DNA of 64,000 bases from assembly GCA_036262075.1 (NCBI GenBank), contig DATAJO010000040.1, forward strand, positions 2,807 to 66,806, written 5' to 3'. A program made the position numbers and the translations under genes. Source of the stretch: Candidatus Limnocylindria bacterium. Its GTDB lineage: Bacteria > Chloroflexota > Limnocylindria > QHBO01. This document shows positions 37,886 through 46,715 of this stretch, one piece after another (positions within the stretch are counted from its first letter, which is position 1; each line of letters begins with the position of its first letter). The notes beneath the pieces were generated by a model. The model worked only from the letters and a program-made list of their open reading frames with translations. It had not been told where the DNA came from and did not search any database.

Positions 37886-39025
37886 CTACGCGGCCGGAGG
37901 CTCGGGGATGACCGGCTGGCCGGGCTCGGGCTCGACGCCGCCGCCGTCCTCGACGGTCGCGACGAACAGGTCCGTCAGGACCGGGTCGAACTGGTTGCCG
38001 GACTGGGAGCGGATCTCCTCCAGCGCATCGGCGGTGCTGCGGGCCGCGCGGTAGCTGCGGTCGTGGGTCATGGCGTCGAACGCATCGGCCAGGGCGACGA
38101 TCCGCGCGCCGAGCGGGATGGACTCGCCGCTCAGGCCGTCGGGGTAGCCGCGGCCGTTCCAGTGCTCGTGGTGGTGGCGGATGATCGGCAGGAAGCCGAT
38201 GGCCGCGCCGAGCGGCCGGCAGATGCGCTCCCCGATCTCGGGGTGCTTCTTCATCAGTTCCCACTCGTCGGCGTCGAGTGGACCGGGCTTGGTGAGGATC
38301 GCCTCCGGGATGCCGATCTTGCCGACGTCGTGGAGAAGGGCGCCGTAGGCGATCGTCTCCTCCTCGTCGTGGTCGAGGCCGACGCGCTCGGTCAGCCGGG
38401 CGGCGAGGAACGCGAGCCGCTGGCAGTGATGCTCGGTCATCGGGTCCTTGGCCTCGACCGCGTTCGCCAGCGTCGCGACGACGGCGTGGGCCGATTCCAT
38501 GCGCACCAGCGCGGCGCGCAGCCGCAGGGCTGACCGGATGCGCGCGAGGAGCTCCGGCTGCCGGAACGGCTTGGCGAGGTAGTCATCGGCTCCGACGCCG
38601 AGCCCGTGGACGATGTCGTCGAGCTGCACGCGCGCCGTGAGCATGATGATCGGCAGCGTCGCGTTCTTCGGGTCCTGGCGGAGCCGGGTGCACACCTCGA
38701 GGCCGTCCATGCCGGGCAGGCCGACATCGAGGACCACGAGGTCGGGGCTGTCGCTGGCGACGCGCTTCAGCGCGTCCTCGCCGTTGGCCTCGGCCACCAC
38801 GTCGTACCCCGCGCCGCCCAGGACGCGGGTCATGAGCAGCCGGCTGGCAGGATCATCCTCGACGACCAGGATCGTCGGCTTCGCTCGCCCGATGAGCTGC
38901 GGGCCGCGAATGGTCAGCGGCTCTGGCTCGGACTCCGGCTCGGGCTCGGGCTCTGGCGCGTCGGGACGGCGTGGGTGGAGCATCTCCCCTCGGATTGGTT
39001 GTTGATGCAAAATAAATGCTTGCAC
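37886..39025 (-). CDS. Response regulator with HD-GYP output domain (RpfG-like c-di-GMP phosphodiesterase)
   Basis: REC domain (ILVVEDDPASRLLM...DLVVLDVGLPGMDG...KPF), then HD-GYP (LLHDVGKIGIPE...HHHEHWNGRGYPDGL...ADAFDAMTHDRSYR). The N-terminal PEPEPEPESEPEPL stretch is encoded by a GAGCC-type hexanucleotide tandem at ~38919-38960; the start may be the internal ATG at ~38983. Confidence 0.9.
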   Translation of the reverse strand: MQAFILHQQPIRGEMLHPRRPDAPEPEPEPESEPEPLTIRGPQLIGRAKPTILVVEDDPASRLLMTRVLGGAGYDVVAEANGEDALKRVASDSPDLVVLDVGLPGMDGLEVCTRLRQDPKNATLPIIMLTARVQLDDIVHGLGVGADDYLAKPFRQPELLARIRSALRLRAALVRMESAHAVVATLANAVEAKDPMTEHHCQRLAFLAARLTERVGLDHDEEETIAYGALLHDVGKIGIPEAILTKPGPLDADEWELMKKHPEIGERICRPLGAAIGFLPIIRHHHEHWNGRGYPDGLSGESIPLGARIVALADAFDAMTHDRSYRAARSTADALEEIRSQSGNQFDPVLTDLFVATVEDGGGVEPEPGQPVIPEPPAA

Positions 39026-39059
39026 GGTAGGGTAGCCGATGCGCTAGGACCTTCGGGCT

Positions 39060-39619
39060 AGTTACGTGTGCCACGGCGCGGCCTTGGGCCGGCCTTGGGC
39101 CGGCTTCGCTCCGGTCCGCAGGTCCGCGGTACCTGGCGCACCGCTGCTCGCCACACCGAGAGGAATGCGCCGGAAGCCTTCTCTGGGCGCGGGATGTCGA
39201 GTGTGGCGAGCACCCGCACCCACGAACCGCACGCCGATGCGCCCCTCACGCTCACCAGCGCTCGCCCCAGTCGACAAACGACACGCCAGCAAGGCTTCCG
39301 GTGAACTCTGCTCGCTCCAGCGCGAGCGGCGCGTCGTGTGTCTACGTCCCTGCCGCGTTTGCTCGCTCCAGCGCGAGCGACGCGGTGTGTGCCTGCGCTT
39401 CGCTGCGTGTGCTCGCTCCAGCGAGAAGAATGCACCGGAAGGCCGATCCGCGCGGCGTTTACGCGCTGTGGCGAGCACCCGCACGCACGAACCGCGCGCC
39501 GATGCGCCCCTCACGCTCACCGGCTCTCGCTGCAGTCGACACACGACACGCCGCCAACCCTTCCGGTGAACAACGCTCGCTCCAGCGCGAGCGCCGCCGA
39601 TGAACGAGACGACGGCGGC
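39060..39619. repeat. Intergenic repeat locus 5 (2.5-3 units; cores at 39203 and 39468) upstream of the RR-HD-GYP/kinase operon
   Basis: Also contains an 11-bp mini-tandem GGCCTTGGGCC x2 at ~39083-39106. Confidence 0.85.
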
Positions 39620-40198
39620 CTATTCGGCCTTCGCCGGCATCAGCCGCATGACGAGGCCGATGAAGGCGGTGATCCCGGCGATGCTGAACAGCACGATGCC
39701 GATCACGCGCGGGATCCAGTTCCGGCCGAACAGCTCCGGAGCGTAGGTCAACGTAGCGAGGAAGCCCGCCAGGGCGAAGACCGACACGAGGATGCCGACC
39801 GCGAAGGCCCACGGGTTCGCCGCTCGCATCTCGGCCGCCGACCAACGCAGCGCGACCGCGTAGAGGAGGAGGCCGGCGGTGAGCGCGGCCAGGATCGGGA
39901 TGTCGCCCGAGCGCTCGGGATTGTTGAGCGTCACGATGGTGAAGAGCGCGCTGAGGAAGACGAGGCCCATCGACAGCCGGCTGTACGTCGAGAAGACGCG
40001 CGCCGGAATCTCGCCGACGACGACCGGCACGCGTTCGACCTGCGCCTGGCGACGCTCACGCTCGCGTCGGTGCTGCTCGACGGTGGCCGCATCGGCGTCA
40101 CGTGGGGTCTTGCATCGGTAGCAGCGCGCGTCGCGCGCCCGGTTCGGCTTCCAGCAGGAACGGCAGATCCATCCGTCGGCGAACGTCATGCGTCGCAT
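39620..40198 (-). CDS. Hypothetical membrane protein with N-terminal zinc-ribbon (CxxC...CxxC) and 4 TM helices
   Basis: Start ATG at 40198 (MRRMTFADGWICRSCWKPNRARDARCYRCK...) preceded by SD GGAGGGAGGG (minus strand of 40201-40210). C-terminal hydrophobic segments. Confidence 0.55.
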   Translation of the reverse strand: MRRMTFADGWICRSCWKPNRARDARCYRCKTPRDADAATVEQHRRERERRQAQVERVPVVVGEIPARVFSTYSRLSMGLVFLSALFTIVTLNNPERSGDIPILAALTAGLLLYAVALRWSAAEMRAANPWAFAVGILVSVFALAGFLATLTYAPELFGRNWIPRVIGIVLFSIAGITAFIGLVMRLMPAKAE

Positions 40199-40249
40199 CC
40201 CTCCCTCCGCCCGCATGCTCGGTCGGCGGGCGTGGGCCGATGCTACGAG

Positions 40250-40335
40250 ATCAGCACAAGCGCCCGATCAGGACAAGCGCCCGATCAGGACAAAGAGCCC
40301 GACAGGAGAAGAGCCCGATCAGGACAGGAGGGCGA
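40250..40335 (-). repeat. Five tandem direct repeats of a ~17-bp unit (GATCAGGACAAGCGCCC on + strand) immediately upstream of the Zn-ribbon membrane protein gene
   Basis: Read directly: gatcagcacaagcgccc / gatcaggacaagcgccc / gatcaggacaaagagccc / gacaggagaagagccc / gatcaggacaggagggcg. Overlaps the last codons of the upstream gene. Confidence 0.8.
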
Positions 40336-40648
40336 GCGAGAGGCTGTTCGTGGCGAAGCCCAGGAAGCCGAGTGCCGTGGTGGCGGCGCCGCCCCACACG
40401 AACAGGCGCGGGAACCGGCGGGCGGTGGCCACGAGCAGCGCGATGGTGCCCACGATGACGATGCCCTTCGCGACCAATACGGCCTCGAGCCCGCCGATGG
40501 CGAACAGGCCGGACGCGAGGCCGTTGCTCTCGACGCCGATCCCGAATCGGCTGACGCCGATGGTGAAGGTCAGGGCATCGGTGAGCTGGGCGAGCACCAT
40601 GCCGAAGAGGATGAGTCGAGGGGCCAGCACGCCATCGGTCCCATGCAT
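40319..40648 (-). CDS. Small hypothetical integral membrane protein (~110 aa, 3-4 TM)
   Basis: Hydrophobic ORF (MHGTDGVLAPRLILFGMVLAQL...); start ambiguous (ORF open to 40708). Confidence 0.4.
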   Translation of the reverse strand: MHGTDGVLAPRLILFGMVLAQLTDALTFTIGVSRFGIGVESNGLASGLFAIGGLEAVLVAKGIVIVGTIALLVATARRFPRLFVWGGAATTALGFLGFATNSLSLALLS

Positions 40649-41144
40649 GAACCGTACCGATGGGCCGGGCGCCATCCGTATGCCCCGCGGGTGGCCCGTC
40701 CGGGTCATGGGCGCGAACGCACCGGCAGCCGATACTCAGCCGGTCATCCGCCCAACCGAGGGACTCATCCCATGGAAGCCGTCATCCCGATCTTCCTGCT
40801 CTTCGTCGCCGTGCTCGCCTTCGCGTGGTTCTACCTCCAGCGGGCCAAGGCCCGGACGACGAACGCGCCGACCGCCGGCAGCGACTCGCACGACTCCCCG
40901 AACAGCTGACCTCGTCGAGGGCCTGAGCGCTTGACAGCCGCGCGCATCGTGAGCCGATGCGGGCGCTGCTCGTCCTCGTCCTGGTCGTGATCCTCGTGGG
41001 CGCCGGCCTGAAGCTGGCGGGCGTCCCGCTTCCCTTCATCGACTACGCCGTCGGCCCGATGGGCGAGGGACGCGGTCCTGGCATGCCCGACGTCGTCATC
41101 GAGGCACCCGGCTTCGGGGACAGCGACCAGCTCCCCTAGCCCTG

Positions 41145-42422
41145 CTACGACAGGCGCGAGACGAGCCGCTCGGCGAGGTCGATCGAGTAGTTCTGCCCGC
41201 GATCGTGCGGGTAGACCTGGAACATGCTCGCCACGAAGAGGTTCGGGATCGGCGTGGTGAACGGTGGGATGTGCTCGCGGTAGTCGACGGTCACGATCGG
41301 CTGCGCGAACGGGGCGGCGAACGACCAGGCGTCGGTGACCCAGGAACGGGCGAACGCCGGGTTGATGCGTGCCACCGCCGGCGTCATCTCGTCGAGCACG
41401 GCGTCGCGCGAGGCGGTCATGAGCGGGTCGTCCATCGGCCGGTAGTTGCCGAGGTAGACGAGATGCCGACCGCCGTACTCGCCGGCGGGGACGTAGTTCG
41501 TGTGCTCCACCAGGGCCATGAAGGGATAGCCGGGATCGTTGACGTTCAGCCAGTAGGCCGATGTCAACGGCCGATCCAGCGCCAGCACCAGGCAGTGCGC
41601 GCCGAACGCCTGGCCCCACTCGTGGCGATCGCGCCAGGCCTGCGGCAGCTCCGGGACGAGCCGGGCGGTGAGGCGGACGGCCAGGGTGCTGATGACGCGG
41701 TCGAAGCGCTCGACGCCGGCATCGGTCTCGACGTCGAGGGTCGAGTCATCGGCGGTGCGGACCTCCTTCACCGATTCGCCGAGCCGGACCTCGCCGCCGT
41801 GGCGGCGAATCTCATCGGCCAGGCGGAAGTAGAGCTGCTGGAAGCCGCCGCGCGGGTAGCCGAGCTGGGTCGTGCGGTCGTGGACGCGGCCCCAGAACCA
41901 GGGCATCGCGATCGTCGATGCGGTCGCGCCGAACTTGCCGCGCAGCAGCGGCTCCCAGACGACCTCGTAGCCGCGGCGGCCCATCCATCGGCGCAGCCAG
42001 GCCTCGGCCGTGCGGCCTTCGAGCAGCCGCGGATCGGGCATCGCCTTGAGGACGGCGAGGGCGGCCCCCATCCGCACCCGGTCCAGGATCGGCAACGGCG
42101 TGAACCGCAGGAGCGAGGTCGGCGAGTCGAGCCGATGCACCCGCCCGCCATGGAGCGTCGCGGTCACCGGTGCCTTCCACTCGAGCCGATCCTCGAGGCC
42201 GAGCTCGCGGAACAGCGCGATCGCCCGCGTGTCGGAGCGGAAGAGGTGGTGATAGAACTTCTCGAGCCACATCCCGGGCTCGATCTCGAACCCCGCCGCC
42301 AGCCCGCCGGGCAGCGGCTCGCGCTCGATCACGGTCACCCGTTCGCCCCGCTGCGCCAGCCGCAGCGCAGCCGTCAGCCCGAGGGCACCGCCGCCGAGTA
42401 CTGCGGTTCGTCTCGTGCGCAT
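41145..42422 (-). CDS. FAD/NAD(P)-binding oxidoreductase (amine-oxidase/phytoene-desaturase-like)
   Basis: N-terminal dinucleotide-binding motif AVLGGGALGLTAALRLAQRGERVTVIEREPLPGG. Confidence 0.85.
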   Translation of the reverse strand: MRTRRTAVLGGGALGLTAALRLAQRGERVTVIEREPLPGGLAAGFEIEPGMWLEKFYHHLFRSDTRAIALFRELGLEDRLEWKAPVTATLHGGRVHRLDSPTSLLRFTPLPILDRVRMGAALAVLKAMPDPRLLEGRTAEAWLRRWMGRRGYEVVWEPLLRGKFGATASTIAMPWFWGRVHDRTTQLGYPRGGFQQLYFRLADEIRRHGGEVRLGESVKEVRTADDSTLDVETDAGVERFDRVISTLAVRLTARLVPELPQAWRDRHEWGQAFGAHCLVLALDRPLTSAYWLNVNDPGYPFMALVEHTNYVPAGEYGGRHLVYLGNYRPMDDPLMTASRDAVLDEMTPAVARINPAFARSWVTDAWSFAAPFAQPIVTVDYREHIPPFTTPIPNLFVASMFQVYPHDRGQNYSIDLAERLVSRLS

Positions 42423-42458
42423 CGAAGGTCAGCGTACGGGAATCCCCGAAACTGATGC

Positions 42459-43601
42459 ATGATGCGCGGCGGTGCAGAGGTTCACGCAACGCGACCACGA
42501 CTCGAGATGAACCGGGCGACCCGCGTGCGGCGCCTGGCGATTGCCGCCCTCATCGTCGTGCTCCTCGTCATGGTCGTCGCCATCCTGACGCTCAGACCCG
42601 CCCCCGGGCGCCAGCTCGGAACGCCGATGGACATCGAGGCTCGAGGGGACCTCATCCTCGCCACGCTGGCGGAGGGCCAGATCGTACGGGTCACCGTCTC
42701 GGGCGACGACGCCTCGATCGACACGCTGGCCGACGGCCTGCATTACCCGCGCGGTCTCGCCCTGACCGATGACACGGTCTACGTGGTCGAGCTCGGTGAG
42801 CTGCCGTGCGAGAACCCGATCCCCAGGTGCAAGGGTGAGCAGATGGGTGCGGGCAGCGTTGCGGAGGGAGAGCTCGAGATCCTCCGAGCATCGGCCGGAC
42901 GCGTGCTGGCCTACCCGAGGATGCCTGACGGAGGACTCGGCGAGCCGACGACCCTCGTCGACGGCCTCCCGTTCGTGAACGCGGACCACGGTCTGAACGA
43001 CCTCGACCTCGGTCCGGACGGGATGCTGTACCTGTCCATCGGCAACCTCGACCGCCTCGCCTGGCCCGACGTCGAGCCGATCCCTCCCACCGAGCTGCCG
43101 GCGACGCTCGGGGTGATCCTACGGATCGATCCGCGGAGCGGCGAGACGGCGACGTACGCCACGGGCCTTCGGAACGTCTACGGACTGTCGTTCGATGCCG
43201 CCGGCGCACTCTGGGGCGTCGACAACGACGGCCCCGGCAAGGGCGGATGGCGCTTCGAGGAGCTGATCAGGCTCGAAGAGGGGCTGGACTACGGATTCCC
43301 CGACGATGGCACCGTCGGCCCGTACGAGCGACGGACGGGCTTCGCCACCTGGATCATGCCGTCGGGTGCCGGTTCCAGCGGGTTGCTCGTCGAGGGCGAC
43401 GTCATCTTCAGTGGCGCCTGCGGATCGGTGCAGCGTCTCGGCCTCACGTCCTCGACCGGAGACGCGGCCCTCGTCGAGGCCAACCACCCCGGCTGCGTGA
43501 CCGCCATCGAGCGGCTCGACGACGGGCGGCTGCTGCTCGGAACCGTCTTCGGAGCGGCGTCCTTCGAGGTGGTCCGCGACGCCGATCTGTTCGGGCGGTG
43601 A
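42459..43601 (+). CDS. PQQ-dependent sugar dehydrogenase family protein (glucose/sorbosone dehydrogenase beta-propeller), membrane-anchored
   Basis: N-terminal TM anchor (RLAIAALIVVLLVMVVAIL). sGDH-like blocks LDLGPDGMLYLSIGN and GLRNVYGLSFDAAGALWGVDNDGPG. Confidence 0.75.
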   Translation: MMRGGAEVHATRPRLEMNRATRVRRLAIAALIVVLLVMVVAILTLRPAPGRQLGTPMDIEARGDLILATLAEGQIVRVTVSGDDASIDTLADGLHYPRGLALTDDTVYVVELGELPCENPIPRCKGEQMGAGSVAEGELEILRASAGRVLAYPRMPDGGLGEPTTLVDGLPFVNADHGLNDLDLGPDGMLYLSIGNLDRLAWPDVEPIPPTELPATLGVILRIDPRSGETATYATGLRNVYGLSFDAAGALWGVDNDGPGKGGWRFEELIRLEEGLDYGFPDDGTVGPYERRTGFATWIMPSGAGSSGLLVEGDVIFSGACGSVQRLGLTSSTGDAALVEANHPGCVTAIERLDDGRLLLGTVFGAASFEVVRDADLFGR

Positions 43602-43602
43602 C

Positions 43603-45891
43603 GTGAGCCGGCGAATCCCCTTGACCCTCGCGGCGGCGCTGGCCGCCCTGGCCTACGGCGTCCTGCTCGGCGGCACCGGCTTGGGAGAGCTGCATCCGGT
43701 GCTCCGCGTCATCAATATGGCCGTGGGCGGCTCGCTAGTGGCTGCCTACCTCGTCTTGGCGCCGCGCCGCATGGATCGGGTGGATGCCCTCACGCTCCTC
43801 GCGCTGCTCCTGTTCCTCGTTCCCGCGGTGCTCTCGGCGTATCCGCGCCAGTCCCTCGACTCGGCCCTCGGAGCCCTCGTCTTCGTCGCCGCGCTGTTCG
43901 TCGCGCGTCGAGTCACGGCCGGGGCGACCGGTCGACGCGCGACGATCCTCGTGGTGTGCGGCCTGTCTGCCGTTCTCGCCCTCCTCGCCGCGGCGCGGTG
44001 GCTGCCGGACACGATCGAATGGTGGCGGCTCACCAGCTGGACGGTGACGCCACCGCTGGACATGGACCGCAGCGGCATGCTCTGGGGCCACCGTCATGAC
44101 CTGGCGCTCCTCCCGATCATCACCGCCCCCGCGTGGTGGATCGGCGATCCGGGGCCCATCCGGCGGGCCGCCGGAGCGGTGTTCACCGCGCTCGCCCTGC
44201 TGCTCGTCGTCCTCGATGGCTCGAGGACGATCTGGCTGGCACTCGTGCTCGCCACCCTCGTCGTCGCCGTCCCGCGACTCGCCGCCCGCTGGCGACCGTC
44301 TCGCGCGACCCGAACGGTGGCGATCGCGTCCGTCGCAATGGGCGCCATCGGCATGACTGTCTCCGGGATCGGCTCCGCCGCGCTCGACCGACTGCTGACC
44401 ACGAACACCCTCGCGAGCCGGGCCGACCTGTGGAGCTCCGCGACCGACGTGTTCCTCGGCCGGCCGCTCACCGGCGCGGGCCCCGGGTCGTTTCCATGGC
44501 TCCTCCAGCGCACCGACTACTTCGATGCGAACAGCTGGGCGCCCCGACATCCCGACAGCCTTCCCTTCCAGGCGCTTCCCGAGCTCGGCCTGTTCGGCGT
44601 CGCCGCGATCCTCGTCGTCGCGGTGGCCATCGTGCCCGGGGTCTGGCGCGGACCATGGCAGGCGCGATGGGCCATCGGCGCCATGGCGTTCGCCAGCGTC
44701 GGGACGAACCCGTCGGAGTTCGCCTTCTTCGTCCTCCTCGCCATCGCCTGGGTGGCGATCGCCGCGCCGAGCATCCGAGCTTGGGAGCCGCTCGAGCGCC
44801 GGGACCTCGTCGGGGCCGTTCGATTCGCGTCACTCGGCGCGCTCCTCGTCGTCGGGATCGCCGCATCGTCCACCGCGGTGGCGGCGTTCGCGTATGCGGA
44901 TGGCCGCGCGGCCGTAGCGCGAGGGTCCTTGCCGGAGGCGCACGACGCGCTCGCGCATGCGCGATCGCTCGACCCCGGGATGGCGCTCTACGTGCGCCAA
45001 CAGGGAGCCGTGAGCCTCGTGGCCGGCGAGGTCGACCGGGCGGTCCGCGAGCTCGAGACGGCGGTCGCCATGAACCCCCAGGACGACCTCGCGTGGAGAT
45101 CGCTCGCTTTGGCCCGCCTCGCGATGGACGACCTGGACGGGGCCGCGGAGGCGAGCGCACGAGCGGTGGCGACCCAGCAGTCGGACCCGACGAACCTCCT
45201 CGTGCAGCTCCAGGTCGCCGATGCGGCGGGGGACGCGACCACGGCCACCGATGCGGCCACGGCATTGGTCCAGGCCTGGCCCTGGCTCATCGGTGCCGAC
45301 GCCTGGTCATCGGTCGCGCCGGCCGCCAACGACCAGCTGCTCCAGAGCGCGGCGCAGCGGTGGGGTGATGGCACGCCGACGCCCCAGTCGAACGCCCTGC
45401 ACGCACTATGGCTCGCGGTCCTCGCCGGCCGCGAGGACCTGCGGCCCGAGGCGATCGGCTCGAGCGGCTTGCCCGCATCGCTGGCCGAGACCTACGCCGC
45501 GGCATTGGTTTGCGAACCCGACGCGGAGCAGCGGCTGGACGACGCTTCTGCCAACGAACGACGGTTCGACGAGTACTGGGCGGCGTCCCTCCGGCTGTCG
45601 TCCCTGGCGGGAGCGCCGGACGAGACTGCTCGCCGCCTGCTCGAGATCATGTCGCCGGCCCCGTACCGCCCAGAGGCCGCGCAACGGGCGCTGGACCCGC
45701 TGGACGAGAACGGAGCATGGGGCCTGAGTGGCGACACCTGGGGGTATCGTCGCCCTCCGATGGACTGGCCAGCGGCTCCCGAACGCGCGACCCTGCCGCC
45801 GCCTGACGCCGCATGGATCAGGTGGACGCTCGACCCCGCCGGGGCGAACGGTGCAGCGGGCCTCTCGACCCTCGAGCAATGCTCGCCGTGA
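43603..45891 (+). CDS. O-antigen ligase (Wzy_C)-family polytopic membrane protein with C-terminal TPR-like repeats
   Basis: ~11 TM helices and a large periplasmic loop in the first ~430 aa. The C-terminal ~330 aa is helical-repeat (TPR-like: ...LAWRSLALARLAMDDLDGAAEASARAV...). Confidence 0.75.
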   Translation: MSRRIPLTLAAALAALAYGVLLGGTGLGELHPVLRVINMAVGGSLVAAYLVLAPRRMDRVDALTLLALLLFLVPAVLSAYPRQSLDSALGALVFVAALFVARRVTAGATGRRATILVVCGLSAVLALLAAARWLPDTIEWWRLTSWTVTPPLDMDRSGMLWGHRHDLALLPIITAPAWWIGDPGPIRRAAGAVFTALALLLVVLDGSRTIWLALVLATLVVAVPRLAARWRPSRATRTVAIASVAMGAIGMTVSGIGSAALDRLLTTNTLASRADLWSSATDVFLGRPLTGAGPGSFPWLLQRTDYFDANSWAPRHPDSLPFQALPELGLFGVAAILVVAVAIVPGVWRGPWQARWAIGAMAFASVGTNPSEFAFFVLLAIAWVAIAAPSIRAWEPLERRDLVGAVRFASLGALLVVGIAASSTAVAAFAYADGRAAVARGSLPEAHDALAHARSLDPGMALYVRQQGAVSLVAGEVDRAVRELETAVAMNPQDDLAWRSLALARLAMDDLDGAAEASARAVATQQSDPTNLLVQLQVADAAGDATTATDAATALVQAWPWLIGADAWSSVAPAANDQLLQSAAQRWGDGTPTPQSNALHALWLAVLAGREDLRPEAIGSSGLPASLAETYAAALVCEPDAEQRLDDASANERRFDEYWAASLRLSSLAGAPDETARRLLEIMSPAPYRPEAAQRALDPLDENGAWGLSGDTWGYRRPPMDWPAAPERATLPPPDAAWIRWTLDPAGANGAAGLSTLEQCSP

Positions 45892-46715
45892 CGGGCGGCA
45901 CGTGGCGTGCGGTTCGGCACGCGCTCGTCGTCGCCGGCCTCGCATACATAGCGCTCGTCTGGCTCCGCGTCGTGCCCTACGCGCTGCCGGTGCCCGAATA
46001 CGGTCCGGCGTTCGACGCGCGGGGCTTCTGGATCGCATGGGAAGGTGGCCTGTACGACATCCCGTGGCGGACGAACGAGGCGTACGTGTACTCGCCGGTG
46101 TTCGCGCAGGTCCTGTGGCCCCTCACCCTCCTGCCCTGGCCCGTCTTCATCGGGCTGTGGACGACTGCCGCGATCGCCTGCCTGTTCTGGATGCGCGTGC
46201 CGTGGATGCTCGCGTTTCCTGGCGTCATCGACGACATCCTGCGCGGGAACATCCACGTCTTCATGGCCGCGGCCATCGTCCTCGGGTTCAGGGCGTCGGC
46301 CGCGTGGGCCTTCCCGATCCTGACGAAGGTCACACCCGGGATCGGCCTGGCGTGGTATGCGGCACGGGCCGATTGGCGCCCGCTGGCGATCGCGCTGGCC
46401 GCCACGGCCGGGATCGCCGCGGTGTCGTTCGCGTTCAGCGCACCGCTGTGGATCGAGTGGATCGGGCTGCTCGCCGAGAACGCCCGCGAGACAGCACGAA
46501 TCCAGGTCATCCCGCTGCCGCTGGCCGTCCGTTTGCCCGTCGCGCTCGCGATCGTCCTCGTCGGCGCTCGAACCCAGCGCGCGTGGCTGCTCCCGATCGG
46601 CGTCATGGTCGGGCTGCCCAACGTCTGGACGAGCTCGACCGCACTCCTCGCGGCGGGCGCGTCGCTCTGGCGTCATCCCCCGCTCGTCCCTCGCGCAGCC
46701 GGGGCATCAAAATGA
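45879..46715 (+). CDS. GT87/DUF2029-like membrane glycosyltransferase (GT-C, polyprenyl-phosphate-sugar dependent), paralog a
   Basis: Polytopic membrane protein with the family Y-x-Y-[SP]-P loop motif (EAYVYSPVFAQ). ATG overlaps the end of the upstream gene. 4 such paralogs lie in the window. Confidence 0.7.
   Translation: MLAVTGGTWRAVRHALVVAGLAYIALVWLRVVPYALPVPEYGPAFDARGFWIAWEGGLYDIPWRTNEAYVYSPVFAQVLWPLTLLPWPVFIGLWTTAAIACLFWMRVPWMLAFPGVIDDILRGNIHVFMAAAIVLGFRASAAWAFPILTKVTPGIGLAWYAARADWRPLAIALAATAGIAAVSFAFSAPLWIEWIGLLAENARETARIQVIPLPLAVRLPVALAIVLVGARTQRAWLLPIGVMVGLPNVWTSSTALLAAGASLWRHPPLVPRAAGASK

Noticed and set aside
38919-38960. GAGCC-rich hexanucleotide tandem and the 11-bp GGCCTTGGGCC x2 tandem at 39083-39106 as independent repeat features.
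   Set aside because: They are short, low-complexity GC microsatellites. They are mentioned within the relevant gene and locus entries and are not considered separate functional elements.
28980-39603. Short ORFs from the track lying inside the repeat loci (e.g. 39068-39304, 39301-39603, 34878-35102, 30056-30283, 31328-31759) that give near-identical 'proteins' (…VASTGTHEPHADAPLTLTSARPSRQTTR…).
   Set aside because: They are the same repeat DNA translated repeatedly. They show no start or SD context, and different copies are read in different frames. They are artefacts of the repeat, not a paralogous protein family.
29121-39619. Whether the repeat loci could be CRISPR arrays.
   Set aside because: Units are ~170-200 bp and homologous across their full length. 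There is no alternation of short (28-37 bp) identical repeats with unique spacers. No cas genes are in the window.
40771-41139. Two small hydrophobic ORFs: 40771-40909 (MEAVIPIFLLFVAVLAFAWFYLQRAKART...) and 40957-41139.
   Set aside because: They may be genuine small membrane proteins. They are short, lack clear SD sequences and are not conserved in any way I can judge here, so they are left unannotated.
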